Under the pieces are notes generated by a model, which did not search any database, had not been told where the DNA came from, and saw only the letters and a program-made list of their open reading frames with translations. The translations under genes and the position numbers were made by a program. From positions 92,038,484-92,102,483 of the forward strand of contig NC_083408.1 in the NCBI RefSeq assembly GCF_020745735.1: a stretch of DNA of 64,000 nt, given 5' to 3'. Origin of the DNA: Hemiscyllium ocellatum. Taxonomy: Eukaryota. Of this stretch, positions 12,601 through 24,900 are shown piece after piece (within the stretch, counting starts at the first letter, position 1; every line of letters starts with the position of its first letter).

Positions 12601-14410
12601 AAAGAAATGCTGCACATTAAAGATGCCATCATTTGGATGTAATGTTAGACTAACCTTACTTTGGCTTTTCAATTAGTTGAAAGTAGAAGTAAGATTTCCT
12701 ATAGATACCTGGATATCACTAGGTTTCAATTAAACTATCACACCGGTATATCAAAAGATGGAATATGAGAAAAGTTTTGGAAGTGGACAACCATTACTCA
12801 ATGGAAGTGCATGATATTTTTGGGAAAAAAAGTCATGAAGCTAAGGTAGATGATAAATGATTTCAGCACTTGTGCTTTTTATACTTGCCAAATGTGTTGT
12901 CTTATTTAGGATTTACTTATTTTCAACTAAAACACTAATAATCAAAACGAGCTTTGAACCTAAACTTGGATCCAAGTTAGGTACAGCTAATTTTAAACAT
13001 TTCAATACTCAGCCTACTTGGGCACGCAGAAAAAGGGGAGAATGTCTGATCTTAAAGTGGTTGGTAAACCTTTGAAGTGTGGGCAAGAAATATTATATTT
13101 AGGACCATATATATTATATTGGAAGGAGGTGGTTGTTTCCAGCCCTTTTATTGTGCTATTCTACTCATAAGCAATTTCAGAAATATTGTCAGAAAGACAA
13201 GTTTCACATTTGCCAAGTGACAAAAATAACTGGTGTCCTTGATCTTGCTTTAGTGAGTGGAGAGGATTTTTCAGTGTCACCTTTGAAATTGACAAATAAC
13301 TTTTCATTTTGCTCACGAGTTGTCAGGTATGGTTTGTGAAGCATGATTTGCACAGAAATCCCAAGAATGGGCTTGATATGAGTTTTCCTCATTCTTATAG
13401 AGATCCTAAAGATCTTTAGGTATTATTTGAAGAATTCTCCTAGGGCTTAATGTTTCTTCTTAACATATATTCCCAAAGAGATTAGCTAGTCACTGTTTGA
13501 GAACTTGTTATATGCACTAATAACATTGCTGGAGTTTAAATGGACAGACAAAGGTGCTACGTCCAATTATTTTTATACATCACCTGTTTAGAGGTGATGA
13601 TTTCCTGAAAGCACTTTGGACACTCATACCGTATTTAATATAGATATATAAATCAGAGAATCCCTAGAGTGTGGAAGCAGTCTATTCAGCCTATCAGGTC
13701 CACACTGACCCTCTGAAGAGCATCGACCCAAACCCAACCCCCTACCGTATCCCTGCAACCCCCATGACCAATCGACCTAGCTTGCAGATCTGTGGGCACC
13801 CAAAGGAAACCCACACAGATATAGGGAGAATGTATTCCAACTTCCAAATTTGGAAGATGGATAGTGAGGAATAGAATAGAAATCTCTTTTCTTTCTCTCT
13901 TAATAATCTGTCCAGTTCTAACCTATAATCTACCTAACAGCTTTCCTTTTTTCTCTTTGATGATTGCCAGCTGATTTCTTTCATAAATTCTGATTCCTGC
14001 ATAGAAATGATTATGCTGAGATTTCTGTGCAAAAATACTTAGTCAGATGACACACATTGCTGGGTATCTGACTAAAAAAAGACTGACTTTGGACATGCTG
14101 GGTGTAGTTAATTTCAATGTTTCACGTCTTGAAGTCGAGCAGAAACAGAACTTTCATTTCCACTGTATGAAATTACTAATGCCAAGTTTCCCTATTGTAG
14201 GAAGTGGAACCAATGGCTATAGAGAGTGATCACATTCATATCACCGCGCTGACGCAAGCACTGAGTTTACCAATCCAAGTGGAATATATGGACAAAACGG
14301 ACACTGAAGTTAATCATCATGTCTTTCCTGAAGGAGCAAGACCTTTAGTTTACCTACTTTACAAACCAGGCCATTATGACATACTTTATAAAGCAAATAA
14401 ACCAAAATAG
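3589..14410 (+). CDS. OTUB2: Ubiquitin thioesterase OTUB2 (otubain-2), complete spliced CDS, 237 aa
   Basis: join(3589-3600,7313-7405,10719-10837,11772-11856,12241-12435,14201-14410) = 714 nt, open, all introns GT-AG with matching phases. Contains the otubain motifs RKTLGDGNCFYRA, YLRLLTSA, EVEPM..ESDH and YLLYKPGHYDILY. Short N-terminus (no OTUB1 extension) and tail-to-tail position next to DDX24, as for human OTUB2. Confidence 0.92.
4348..4449. repeat. Tandem duplication, 47 bp identical, period 55
   Basis: GACTCCATTAATGTCCCATAACCCTAATGTCAGCACTACATCGTTGT at 4348 and 4403. Confidence 0.95.
4725..6815 (+). mobile_element. CR1 LINE ORF2 remnant with a nested LINE 3' end (5211-5490)
   Basis: [36 protein letters not shown] motifs with many stops and frameshifts. 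Confidence 0.85.
7313..7405 (+). CDS. OTUB2: OTUB2 coding exon 2
   Basis: Pyrimidine tract + TAG acceptor; FGSVSIVSDKNDIIALGEEHPEDKVYQKKVQ; GTATGA donor. Confidence 0.88.
7540..8080 (-). mobile_element. CR1 LINE 3' fragment
   Basis: LGLYPLEFKRLQNNLIEMFEIL in ORF 7797..8048. Confidence 0.7.
10719..10837 (+). CDS. OTUB2: OTUB2 coding exon 3 (catalytic Cys loop)
   Basis: DISRKYAYFRKTLGDGNCFYRALSFAYLESLLGSKKGIQ; AAG acceptor, GTAAGT donor. Confidence 0.95.
11772..11856 (+). CDS. OTUB2: OTUB2 coding exon 4
   Basis: (K)LRKNLMRSREELSSAGFAESRFENSFTT; TTTTAG acceptor, GTGAGT donor; phases 2 and 0 fit the neighbours. Confidence 0.9.
12241..12435 (+). CDS. OTUB2: OTUB2 coding exon 5
   Basis: FMDMIDLVETDGSVSKLLAAFNDHGVSDHLVQYLRLLTSAYLQKRSEFFELFLEGGVSVKDFCTQ; CTAG acceptor, GTAAGT donor. 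Confidence 0.95.
13655..13830 (-). mobile_element. V-SINE fragment
   Basis: GGAAACCCACACAGATATAGGGAGAATGT is the reverse complement of the V-domain. Confidence 0.65.
14201..14410 (+). CDS. OTUB2: OTUB2 terminal coding exon (catalytic His loop)
   Basis: EVEPMAIESDHIHITALTQALSLPIQVEYMD...YLLYKPGHYDILYKANKPK*; GTAG acceptor. Confidence 0.95.
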   Translation, partial: EVEPMAIESDHIHITALTQALSLPIQVEYMDKTDTEVNHHVFPEGARPLVYLLYKPGHYDILYKANKPK

Positions 14411-15593
14411 TCTTCACCTTGCCTTGTGAAATCCGTCAGTTATAGTGCTTGGAACAGGGATGAGGGAAGAGAAACTCATTTTTGATAAATTTATGATCAC
14501 AATCTTTAAACCACCTTTCTGCACAATACAAAATGAATGTACATTCCTCATGAAAATGAAAGAGTTAATTTAGTATTGTTGTCATAATTATAAAGCATGG
14601 TTGTAATCTACTGTGTATAAATATCTGTATCTTTCAATATAGCAAATAATCCATTCCTGATAGTGGCTTTTTCTCCTTTTTCCTTTCAATAACCATTTCT
14701 GTGTCATTTTATTTATTTTTTGATCTACATTGAAACAGTATTCATATAGAGACTTATCCTTCAGAACAAAAAAAAATCCTCCTTACAAAGACAGGTGAGA
14801 CTTGAGTCTTCACTAGTCCAAAATTTTAATGTTATTGTGAATTTTCTATCTAGTAAAAAAGTATACTTTATTGTAGGTAAAAACAAAATCAATGCAAGCA
14901 CTCTTGTAGCAGATGAAACATTTTGATTCTTTATGCAGAATAAGCAGATGCAGTAATATGGATTTTGATCTGCAAATAACAATCATATCTAAATTGAAAT
15001 GCAAGGATTGGAAGCATAACATGTAATGGTATAACTATAGTGAAAAATGATTTTCTACTTAAGTATATATTCATAACTATCACAATGGCTTGTATTCTCA
15101 GTTAATACGTGTTTGGAAAGTAAATGGTTATAGTAGGACCAAATTCTTCCACATAAGCACTTTACCATCTGAAACGGTTCACACTTTTGGATTGTACTCA
15201 TCAGCACTGTGAAACACAGAAGCTTTTTATCTTAATGTTTTAAGTTCTATACTACCAAGTATTTTTAAGTAAAGTTCATGAACATTTAAGTCTTTTCTGC
15301 TGCTCTTGCATTTCAAGTAGTATTTATTGTTAACAATCTTACAGTTGTAGGAGATGGTATTTTCTGTAGGATGAAACGTGGCATCTTATTGACGACTTGT
15401 TCCGAGAGTGACTCAGACTGGTTTAGCCTTGCTTTGTTTAGTAATCAGAATTCTTAGAGACCTGCCTTGCACATTCTGAACATGCTGTTTATTTGCAATG
15501 CTTTAAGATTTATATCCTCTGTGCTTTGAGGATGCAATTGATTAAGATTTTGAATCTTCATATTGAAGACAATAGTACTGTACAAGTTCTGGG

Positions 15594-15615
15594 TTTTTAT
15601 TAAATGCAATAAAAA
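15594..15615. terminator. Back-to-back poly(A) signals: minus-strand AATAAA (15596-15601, DDX24) and plus-strand AATAAA (15608-15613, OTUB2)
   Basis: TTTTTATT-AAATGC-AATAAAAA; the first canonical hexamer I found downstream of each stop codon. Confidence 0.6.
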
Positions 15616-15685
15616 GGCATAGCCACTGAATTATACACTGGTACGAGCTTGTTGCATCAATTATTTTAACAAAAGAATACTTCTT

Positions 15686-15924
15686 TCATTGTATTTGTTC
15701 ACACAACTTATGCTTTTTTGCATTTTTATGCTTTTTGACGGTGCTTAAAGCAGTTTCTTGGCTGGCTAGTGGTAACTTAGGCAATGTTAGCCTACCAAAT
15801 TGTGTTGGGTACTTAGTCTTCAGGTAGTTCTTAAACACTGGTTGCAAAAGCAAATATTTCAGCTGTTTCTTCATTGCTTTTAGCATCCTTTGCCTTTGCT
15901 TTTCATCAGTGTTACAGCCTCCAT
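15686..15924 (-). CDS. DDX24: DDX24 terminal coding exon
   Basis: [31 protein letters not shown]...KTKYPTQ...QIQ*; TTTTAG acceptor. Confidence 0.92.
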
Positions 15925-18900
15925 CTAAAATCAAGTACACAGTGTCAATGTCTGTTAAATATGTGCTTTAATGTTCATAGTTCAAGCCTATTATTGGGCT
16001 CTTAATTGTATCAATACATTTGAATTATTTTCCAGTGTGATACTGGAAAAGCAGATCAGGTCAGGCAGTGTTTGAGGAGTAGGAAAGCTGATGTTTTGGG
16101 TGTAAACCGTTCGTCATGAATGTTGGGGGTAGGGGGTGAAAGGGGTGGAATAAATAGGAGGGTGGAAGTGGAATGGGGGAAGATAGCTGGGAAAGTGATA
16201 GGTAGATGCAGGTGGGGGGTGATAGGGCAGAGTGGATAGGTGGTAAGGAAGATGTCAAGAGGGCAGTGCCGAGTTGAAGGGTTGGATCTGGGATGAGGTG
16301 GTGGTGGACGTGGTTGGGGTTGAGGGGAAGATGTAAGATGCACAAACTAGTGAAGTCGATTGTTGATGCTGTGTGGTTGAAGGGTCCCAAGGAGGAAGAT
16401 GAGGCATTCTTCCTCCAGTTGTCAGGTGGCATAGATTAGAGAGTGGAGGCGGCCCAGGACTTGCATGTCCTTGGTGGAGTGGGAGGGGAGTTGAAGTGGT
16501 CAGCCACAGGACAGTGGGGTTGTTTGGTGCGTGTAACCCAGAGATGTTCCCGGAAACTCTCTGCGAGTTGGCGTTCTGTCTCCCCGATGTAGAAGAGACC
16601 ACATCAAGAGCAACAGCCATCAATAACTTAATCAAACTGCTTGAAATGGGAAGGAGATAAAAATAACAATGATGAGGGGCTGTGAAATGATTGGTTTCCC
16701 TAAATAATTAACTGGTTCAATGTTAACCTAATAATCCAGAAAGCGTACAATACTGCTTGGCAAGGTGATAATGCACCACTAAGATCCAATTTGTTACTGT
16801 CTGTTCATATGCATCTTTTTACCAGATTATCTATACCGTGATTATTAATACAGATTTTGGGCCAAAGTATTACACTGTTTGTAAATACTTACCCATGAGG
16901 ACATCATCCTCCAAATCAACTTCAAGAGCTTCAGCAGCTTGCTGAAACCAATTGTTATGTTGCTGTGCTTTATTGTGCTGGTATTCCATCTTTTCTATAC
17001 TTCTTGCTATATTAACACGGGCCTGTGAATAGGTAAAGGAGTGGTTTTATTCTGCCTTGTTTTTCCAACTGGTCACTAAATAAACAGTGCATAATTTTTT
17101 ACTGAAGCCTTAATAATAAATTTTACAATAACAATTGAGACTGATTTTATGAACTAGAGTAAATGTCGTAGTTAAATAATTTAAAATGCTTTTTCAATCT
17201 CCTAATCAATGTAAAAACTGATTTTCACCCAAGCCAATAATGAGCTCAGACAAAAAAGACCAGCCTCCTTCGAGCTATTTTCATTATCTCCTGTTCAGAT
17301 CCATTGAACTGTTTAGGGTTAAGTATTTATAAATATTTTGAAGGTTGAGAATTTTTCATCAAGTGGCACAATCTTCCCAAAGCCTTTCTACCATTTATCT
17401 ACAAAGGCACAAATCAAGAATGGGATGAAATACTTCCAATTTATTTACACATAATTTTTGGTTTATCTTCACTTCCTAATATTCACCCCAAATGTACTTA
17501 GCTGCAATTATCAGTTTTATTTAAAACAATGCTCAAGATACCACCATAAATAAAGTCGTCTGCTTAATTTCACTGATTTTGGGACAAGTACCAAAAAATG
17601 TTTACTACTTAAAAAATGTTCCTTAAAAATATCCTAAACCCATGCAAAGGATGAGTTGACAACAACACCACCACCTGTAAGATTCATTCCACACTGCATG
17701 CCACTCTCCCCTCAATATCAAAATCACGAAACTTCCATTCTAAATGAGACAGTGAAAGTACATTCACTACCCAGATTGCAACTGTTTAGGCATGTGGTTC
17801 ATACAACTTTTTGAAGGCCTTTTGTGTTAGCTAAAAATGTTTTATGAACAAAAACTAAAGTTTGGCTTGGAGGAATGTGCTAGATAATACTTAATTCTAA
17901 CTCAGTACAAAATATGGAGATCCATCATCACAAGAGTTTTTGCCATTCTTCACTATTTAAATACAACTAATTAGGAATTAAGGCACTATTGCCTCAGATG
18001 CCATGGATGGTATATAATGAATCTAAATAAGAATAAATTCTATTCTTTTGAAATAACGAGGTAAACCAAAACTTTACATCACAATATTCATCCCAAATTT
18101 ACTTAGCTGCAATTACCAGTTGTATTTTAAAAAATTAGTATTAATATTTTTGATACCACATTTATTTAGAGAGCAAGTGCTATTTGAGGACTTGGGTAGG
18201 CGTTGCTGAGCTCGCCAGCAGCAGGGACTGTGATTACTTCAACCCCCGTGTGTCTAACACACTCCTTTTACAGTAGCCACCCCCAAATTACAGTTTGTCT
18301 CAAATTGTAGGGGCGTGTTTGTGCTATTTGATGTTTTTACCTTAACTCTTCACAGTATAGGTATAATTTAATCCTGAAGGAGAGCATGCATGACATTAGG
18401 TTTAATTCAAATCAACACACAGTGGATTTGATTCGATTTTAACAGTTTTGGCAGATAATTTTCTAGATTAATGTGTTGATGAACCATCTTGATTGGGTTC
18501 AGTTGTGTGGTTACAATTTCTACAGAGTTGATGGGCAAGAAGCTCCAAGATTTTGATCCAGTGACTATGCAACAGTGAAATATTTTCAACTCAGATGGGG
18601 TTGGGACTTTTGAGGTGTTCACATGAACCTGGGACCAGAGAGGGAACCCTATCCATATTATTCATTAAGCTATAGGACCTTCAAGTCCCGTACCCTGCTA
18701 GGCTGAAGTTAGAAAAATTTAACATCAAATCCATGAGAGTTTATGGAACACTGATTCAACTGCAATAAATCAAATCTCTTTCTAAACCATTACTTGGATT
18801 GACACTACTGTAAAGTAGCTTTTGTTTTACAATGACCAAAATTGATATTCCATTCAAAATGTTTGTTTACTTCAGAAATGTTCTAAATTGGACTTTATTA

Positions 18901-21900
18901 TAGTTGGAACAGTAAAAGTTACAGGATTTAATAAAATTAGGTCTCCAAATATAATTAGCCAGCACCATTGTTCCACTAACTAAAGCAAAACTTACTTTTA
19001 CTTTAAATTTACTTTAGACATTTACCCAAATGTCAAGTAAATCAATTTGTTTTTCAAAACATTAATAACAAAAGCACTGGTCAGCATACTTTCCATAGAG
19101 TAAAAAGTGAGGTCTGCAGATGCTGGAGATCAGAGCTGAAAATGAAGAAGGGCTCTGGCCCGAAACGTCGAATTTCCTGTTCCTTGGATGCTGCCTGACC
19201 TGCTGTGCTTTAACCAGCAACACATTTTCAGCATACTTTCCATGACCAGGTTAATTTTCTAAAAGCTGATAAGGAGTCAAATCTGATATGGGAAACTGGA
19301 AAAAAGATGATGTCTTGACATTTACCTTTATTTCAGACATACATTTAGCTTGTACTGGAAACAGAGGAATATTTTCATCTTTGCCCAATGTCTTGCAAAT
19401 CTTTTTGAAGTGAATCATATCATTTGGTCCAACTAACATCAATGCGAGACCTGCTTTTGTGGCTCGAGCTGTTCTCCCACTCCTGTGGACATATATTTCA
19501 CTGGTGCGAGGAACCTATTAAAAAAGGCATATTAATCTTAAATTAGGATAAAATTGATTTTGGATTTGAATCATTTCTGTTATACCAAAGTCATATTTAT
19601 ATTTTACCTTAGTTACTGTTAAAACAACAAGGAGTAACTATGATACAACTGTCAAACTTATGGTGAATAATACCAAATTGCAAAATGATTTATTTGTAAA
19701 TGTTCACAACCATAGATAATTCCAAACAAAATCCAAGCAAGCATTCAGATTTCATTTTCAGTCTCACCTGATAGTGAATAACATGCTGTACATTTGGAAT
19801 ATCCAGACCTCGAGCTGCAACATCAGTGGTTAATAAAACACAACTGAAATATAATAAGAAAGACAAGCTAATGAAAACATCTGGACTGAACGTCCAAGTT
19901 TCCACAACAAGTTTGGCAACAAAAGCATTACCTTTCAACCAGCCAAAAACAAGTTCCTCTTATCCACCCTTTTTATTATTCCCCAATTTAAAATTTATAC
20001 TTACTGGATTCAAATTTACTATTAAATTTGCTCTAATTAAATCCCAAAATGAAAATGTGAAACTTATTGAGAAACAATGTACGTTATTGTCACATACAAT
20101 TTATTTCCTTTTTATGACCTGACCATTTTGACTATTCCATGGCCATTATCCAGTACAAATTCGGCTAGTCATTATCGTGTCCATATGGTTGAGCCCCAAA
20201 CGTAATTCTCCACTGCCAAGAAAATACTTTGCAAACAGCTTGTATAGAAATTCCCTCCAAGCAGTCAACATTTCAATAGTAAACAGCATTTATAAACTGC
20301 TAACACAACTCCCAAGAAAATTTAACAGTTCTGGGAGGTTCATTTAGTTTACTTTTTCTTAGATTTAGAAACTTACCTCTCTCTTTCAGCAAACCTTTCT
20401 AAATTCTTCAACCTCTGTTTCTGATGCATATTTGCATGCAGTGGCAGTGGATTACATTCTAGGATAGTGAGCAATGCGTTCAGACGTTTGATACAATCTA
20501 TGCTATTTGCAAAGACCATTGTTCGGCCTGGATACTGAAGCAGGAAATAATATAGGTAGACATCTTTTTCTTCTATTTCACAGTGGATCCTAGTTTCAGT
20601 GAGAGTCTCAACTGTACCCTCCTTCCTGGATAAATCTATTATTTTTGGTTTTCTTTTGATGCCTACTTTTTGAATCAGGGCTTCTAATTTTGTTTCTGTA
20701 TTTATTGTTTTGACATTCTTCTTTCCCAGTATTCTTGCAGGAGCTGGATGAGCCATGGTTAAAGTTGCAGAAAATATGAAGATTCTTCTTTTCGGATGGT
20801 ATTCCTTGTCTTGCAGCATTTCCAAAAGCTGACACAATTCTGCAAAATGTCCCTTTTCAACCATGCGATCTGCTTCATCAATAACCAGGCACCTAAGTTA
20901 ATTGGACAATAAGTTATTCAGAATTTGCAGATCAGCAGTGTACTGTGCACATGATTGATCATTTACATTGAAGTATCACTAATGGAAAGACAATCATGTG
21001 CTTTTATAATATTGTAAACTGGATCTATTGTATCACATTCTTAATTCAAATCCAGCATGCACCTATCGATGCAGCCATGTTGAAGGTAAACATCAGCTAT
21101 CGGGGATTTTTTTTCTCATTTAAGTAGTAGCTAAAAATATCTAAGCATAAAAACAATATTGACTTTAATTTGGTCAGAAACAATTATTCATACAAACTAA
21201 GATACATACTCCGTTCAAAGCAGAACTCAGAAAACGATGTCAAATGCTTGAATAGTTTATACTACTGGACAAATAATCCAGAGATCTTGAATGTGAGATG
21301 CCACTTTGTTAATTTTAAGACCTTGAACTTAGTTAAAAATAACTTGGAAATGGGGAGACAAAGCTTGTCTTGTTACAAAAATCTAACTGCTTCTTCAATA
21401 TATTTTAGAACAGGAATCAGCCTGTTATCAAGAGTTGCCTCTTATTTGCCCTCTGAAGTGACTTAGCATAGCTTGCAAATATTCTGATCACTACAAGAAA
21501 CTGCAGAAAGATTAGGGCAACTAGGTAAAGGTCTTTCTCTTCTACTTTACTGTGTTTTGATTTCAGCAAGTGTTGCAACAGTAGCCTCACCTGTGTATAA
21601 ATCAAGTCTGTTTTCAGATCAAAACTTAAAATTCTGAAACTAAAGCCTTCACCTTTGAAACAGCTGAATTTGGGATCAAGCTCCCTTGAGGACATCACAA
21701 TAATGTCGGCTGACATTTTTACATAGTACCAAGGGAGCTTTGATTTTCTAAGACCTTATGCTAAGGCCAGTCATTTCTTTCCTCCCCAGGTAATGCAAAA
21801 AATTCAACGGTACTACTCATCACCACTGCAACGCATTCAAATTAATTCTGGCTCACCGGAGCTGTTTCAAATGACAGAGATGTGGGTGTCTCTCCTTTAT

Positions 21901-24900
21901 CAGTTCCCATAATCTCCCTGGCGTTGCAATCACAATTTCTGGTCTGCCATTCAAAATCCTTTCCTGCTTCTGAGCAGCCATTCCGCCAACAATTATTGCA
22001 GTTCTGATCCCTGTAAAGGTACAGATTTAGAATGAGATATTAATGAATTCAGTAGTTCCATTTTTAAGAATTAAAATTTGAGGAAGAAATGCGTATAATA
22101 AAGAACAGACCATACTGGGACAACCTTTCCAAGAGATTCTGGTCAGTCTTCACCTACTTTCTAAGTGCATGGGGCTCAAACAGAAATCTACTTATTAAAT
22201 TTCACAAATTAACTAATTTCCTATTTAAAACGTATTGTGGAAATTGGAAAAATTCATGTTGGTTTAGTCACTAATATCCTAACAGAGACTGTCAAACTTT
22301 CCTTGCCTAATTTGGATACGAATTATTTCAGCACTTGAGGAGTCACAAGTGGTGTTGAACATTGTGGATTCAGTGACTCAACTGACCCTATGACGGAGGG
22401 AAGGTTTTTGATGAAGCAGCTGATGATTTGACCTAGAACACAACCAACTCCCCTTGCACCAGTTATAACTCTACGCAGCATAAAGTACCAACCATGCTGG
22501 AACTTTGACAAGACATCTCAGGATATTTTGATCATGTTGCCTCTTCCTCTTCTGAACGTCAGTGGATACAGGTTTGGCCTATCCAAACTTCCCTCATAAG
22601 ACAACCTGCCAGTTGAGGGGATTTGTCTAGTAAACCTGCTCTGAACTGTCTGCAATGCATTTACATCCTCTGTTAAAATGGAGACCAAAACTGTACACAA
22701 TATTCCAGATGAAGCTTCAATCCTGCCCTGTATAACCGAAGCATAAGCTCTACTTTTGTATTCAATTTCCCTTGTGATTACTGATGTTTTTCTCCTTCTC
22801 AATTACTTGCTGTCACTTTTTGTGATTCCAGTGCAAGAAAACTAAGATCCTTCTGCACCTCAGAGTTTTACAACCTCTCACCACTGAGATAATTTTTTAA
22901 AAATTTTATCTATTGCGATGGAAAATTTCACCTTTTCCAAGTCATAGTTCATTTGGCACAAACTTGGCCATTAAATTAACATATATCTTTGTAGCCTCGT
23001 AGTGTCCTCTACACAACTTACTTTACTATCAATGTTTGTCAAAATGTGTGGCGCTGGAAAAGCACAGCAGGTCAGGCAGCATCCAAGAAGCAGGAGAGTC
23101 AACATTTTGGGCATAAGCCCTTCTTCAGGAATGTGGTGTGGTGGGATGGGGTGGGATGGGGGTGGGTGGTGGTAGTGATGAAGGGGGGTGAGAGATAAAT
23201 AGGAGGGGGAGTGGGGCTGGGGGAGGTAGCTTGGAAGGCAATAGGTAGATGCAGGTGTGGGCTGATCGTTATAGATTAGAGAGGAGGTTGGAGTGGATAG
23301 GTGAGAAGGAAGATGGTCAGGTGGGACAGTTGGAAGAGGGTGGTGCCGATTTGAAGGGTTGGATCTGGGATTGGGGGGGGGAGGGAAAGAGTGGTGGTGA
23401 GATGAGGAAACTGGTGAAATTGATATTGATGCCGTGTGGTTGGAGGGTCCCAAGTTGGAAGATGAAGCTGAGGATGATGCGTTGTACCTGGGAGGTTGGT
23501 GGGGTGCAAGGTGAAGACCAGGGAGTTCTATCCTTGTTATGGTTAGAGGGGTGGAGTTCAAGGGTTAGAGGTGAGGGAAGTGGAGGAGATGCACTGGAGG
23601 ACACTGTTGACCATGTGGGAGGGGAAATTGTGGTCCCTGAAATAGGAGGAAGGCCCCCTAGGATGTTCTGGAGTAGAACTGCTTCTCCTGGGAATGGAGG
23701 CAGAGGAATTGGGAAGTAAGGGATAGCAGTTTTATTTGGGGGGGGGGGGAGAGGGAGGAGAGAGAGGAGCTATAGTTCAGGTAGCCGTGGGAGTTGGTAA
23801 GTTTGAAGTACATGTCCATGTTGAGTCATTGCTCTCGATGTGGAGTCTTCGACATAGGGGAGACAGGATGCCAACTCACGGAACATTTCAGAGAACAATT
23901 TCTGGGACTTGGATCAAGCAACCCCCCCCGTCCTGTAGCCAGCCACTTCAACGCCCACTCTGCCAAAGACACGCAAATTCTGGACCGCCTTCACTGCCAA
24001 ATTCTAGCCATTCAAGGCCTGGCGGAAGAACACCTCATCTTCCGCCATGGGATCCTCCAACCACATGACATCAACATCAATTTCACCTGTTTCCTCATCT
24101 CACCTCCCCTCCCCATCCAAGATCCAACCCGGCACCGCCCTCTTGCACTGTCCCACCTGTCCATCTTCCTTCCCATCCTTCCCACGCCACCCTCCGCTCT
24201 GACCTATCACCATCAACCCCCTCCTGTATCTACCTACAAATAACCTTTGATGGGGCCACTTATTAAATGCCTTCTGGAAATCCAAATGCAGGACATCCAT
24301 TAGTTCCTGTTTAACCACAGCACATAATCTCAATAGAGCTCCAACAGATTGGGCAAACATGATTTCCCTTTCATAAAGCTATGTGGACTCTAACCGATTA
24401 CCATGAACCTATCCAGTAAGACTTCTTTGATAATAGCTTCCAATATTTTCCTTATGACAGATGTTAAGCTATAATTCAACACAATTTTTGAATAATTGAG
24501 TTATATTTGCTCTCTCTCCATTTAATACAACTGTTCCCAAATCTAGTTAAAACTAATACATTCACTGTCTCACTAGGGTGAAATCCTAGTGGAGAGGTGT
24601 TGGCCCAGAGGTATTATCACAAATAATCTAGAAATGCAGCTAACATTTGGGCACCCAGGTTTGAATTCCACCAAGGCAGATGGGGACATTTGAATTCAAT
24701 TAAAAAGATCAATTTAAAAATGTAAAACTTCTATAAAAATATACAATTAAGAATCTATTGAAGACTATGAAACCATTGTCAATTGTCAGAAAAGCCCATC
24801 TAGCTTCAGGAAAGGAACTCTATCCTCACCTGGTCTGGCCTACATGTGACCCCAAACCCACAGCAATGTAGTTTACTCTCAATTGCCCTCTAAAATGGCT

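Noticed and set aside
3589-14410. Calling the otubain gene OTUB1
   Set aside because: Length (237 aa), Gly before DGNC, lack of the N-terminal extension and DDX24/PPP4R4 synteny favour OTUB2 despite the HYD motif.
18188-18320. Vault RNA, H/ACA snoRNA or NUMT identity for the orphan insert
   Set aside because: Only a short TTACTTC resemblance; no B-box, no terminal ACA and no recognisable mitochondrial gene.
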